Source of the DNA: Octopus sinensis
Lineage: Eukaryota
Assembly: GCF_006345805.1 (NCBI RefSeq)
Contig: NW_021833817.1
Location: forward strand, 1 to 64,000
Reading direction: 5' to 3'
DNA length: 64,000 bases
The notes beneath the pieces are model-generated. The model was not told the DNA's origin and did no database searches. It saw only the letters and a list, made by a program, of their open reading frames with translations. Shown here in pieces: positions 63,301-64,000 of the stretch; position 1 is the stretch's first letter, and each line of letters begins with the position of its first letter. Both the position numbers and the translations under genes were made by a program.

Positions 63301-63530
63301 TAAGTAACTATTTCATTTAAAAAATACTTTATTTTTACTTTTAAGCCAAAATACACATTTTCATATATTTTAACTTTTTTAACTTAAATTGCCCTACTCA
63401 TAACATTATGACCCACCACCGAGTTTCACAGTAGGGAGAATTTTATTTGAATTATAACGTTCTCCATATAAATGTCGTCACTCTGATATAAGTTAAATTT
63501 GCACTCATCGGGAATTTAAAAATTGTGTAG

Positions 63531-63870
63531 GCTTAATGTTCTCAAGAATCTATTTTCTGTTCGAAAAGCGCTGTTAGAAGTTTATCCACAGCTCATTGAG
63601 ATTGTTAAGTACTTCCAAGAAAAGCCTTAGATTAGTTCAGACCCTATTGATTTCATAGGATATCGTTTTGGTTCGATTTCTATTTTTCCTGTCTTTAAAA
63701 AATCATCAAGGAGGATAGAACCAGCCGTCATGGCTTATGGAAAAGCAGGAATACACTTTCTTTTTAAACCAAACCTCACAGTTACAAAATTTCCAAAAGG
63801 GCCAGTTGCTACTATGGCTTCAGCTCTTTTTGAGCCGATAGGTCTTATTTATGCGCCCAAACTGACTTGA
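63531..63870 (+). pseudogene. Unassigned ~110-codon frame with one TAG; possible alpha/beta-hydrolase relic
   Basis: IDFIGYRFGS resembles a G-x-S-x-G elbow with S changed to R. In-frame TAG at 63628. Preceded by a TGTAG acceptor-like site. Confidence 0.3.
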
Positions 63871-64000
63871 AAATGGTATAATACAGTAAATATTCTGTTA
63901 GTTGTCAATGTTGAGGATTTTACAAATTTGGCCAATAAGAGAATAAAAAATTTGTTCAAGTTTTTTTAACAAATTAATCAAGAATATTTATGGCTGTTTT

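Larger units (their letters stand above)
60348..63396 (-). mobile_element. Second CGGBP1-like hAT element (internally deleted), interrupted by CRE
   Basis: TIR TAGGGCAA / TTGCCCTA, 8-bp TSD CTCATAAC on both sides. Motifs VTDSAKYML|, FHVTCVAHLMHNC, TRWGTWL and SSSSIERCFS. Intron 61208-61232. Confidence 0.92.

Noticed and set aside
61420-63320. Overlapping ORFs 61420-61734, 61445-61825, 61873-62412, 62595-62975 and 63111-63320
   Set aside because: These are shadow frames of the GC-richer CRE ORF with no independent motifs.

Overview
This is AT-rich, TE-dense eukaryotic nuclear DNA from an animal-like genome with very short spliceosomal introns (about 20-35 nt). That size range recalls dicyemid mesozoans; this is an inference, and other compact parasites are not excluded. 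Host content: one apparently intact NABP/SOSS-B (hSSB) gene, a four-MBT-repeat gene with an unresolved 5' end, a U2 snRNA gene, a divergent 5S rRNA gene with a hinge insertion, and intron-retaining gene relics (GLUT-type transporter, cathepsin-L-like protease, beta-spectrin-like, GATB). Mobile DNA dominates: about 11 CRE-clade RLE retrotransposon pieces (one with a 621-aa RT-RLE ORF), a TSD-bounded I/Jockey-group LINE, RTE and R4/Dong-like remnants, Tc1, pogo and hAT elements, MITEs, Helitrons and a tRNA-headed SINE candidate. The strongest unexpected signal is a decayed ~390-bp fragment of bacterial RNA polymerase beta' (rpoC) of chlamydial type, embedded among eukaryotic repeats next to the U2 gene. 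Other highlights are micro-introns inside hAT transposases, including a presence/absence difference between paralogues, and a telomere-like compound repeat carried inside nested mobile elements. All translations and alignments were done by eye against remembered family consensus. Boundaries without TSD/TIR support are approximate.
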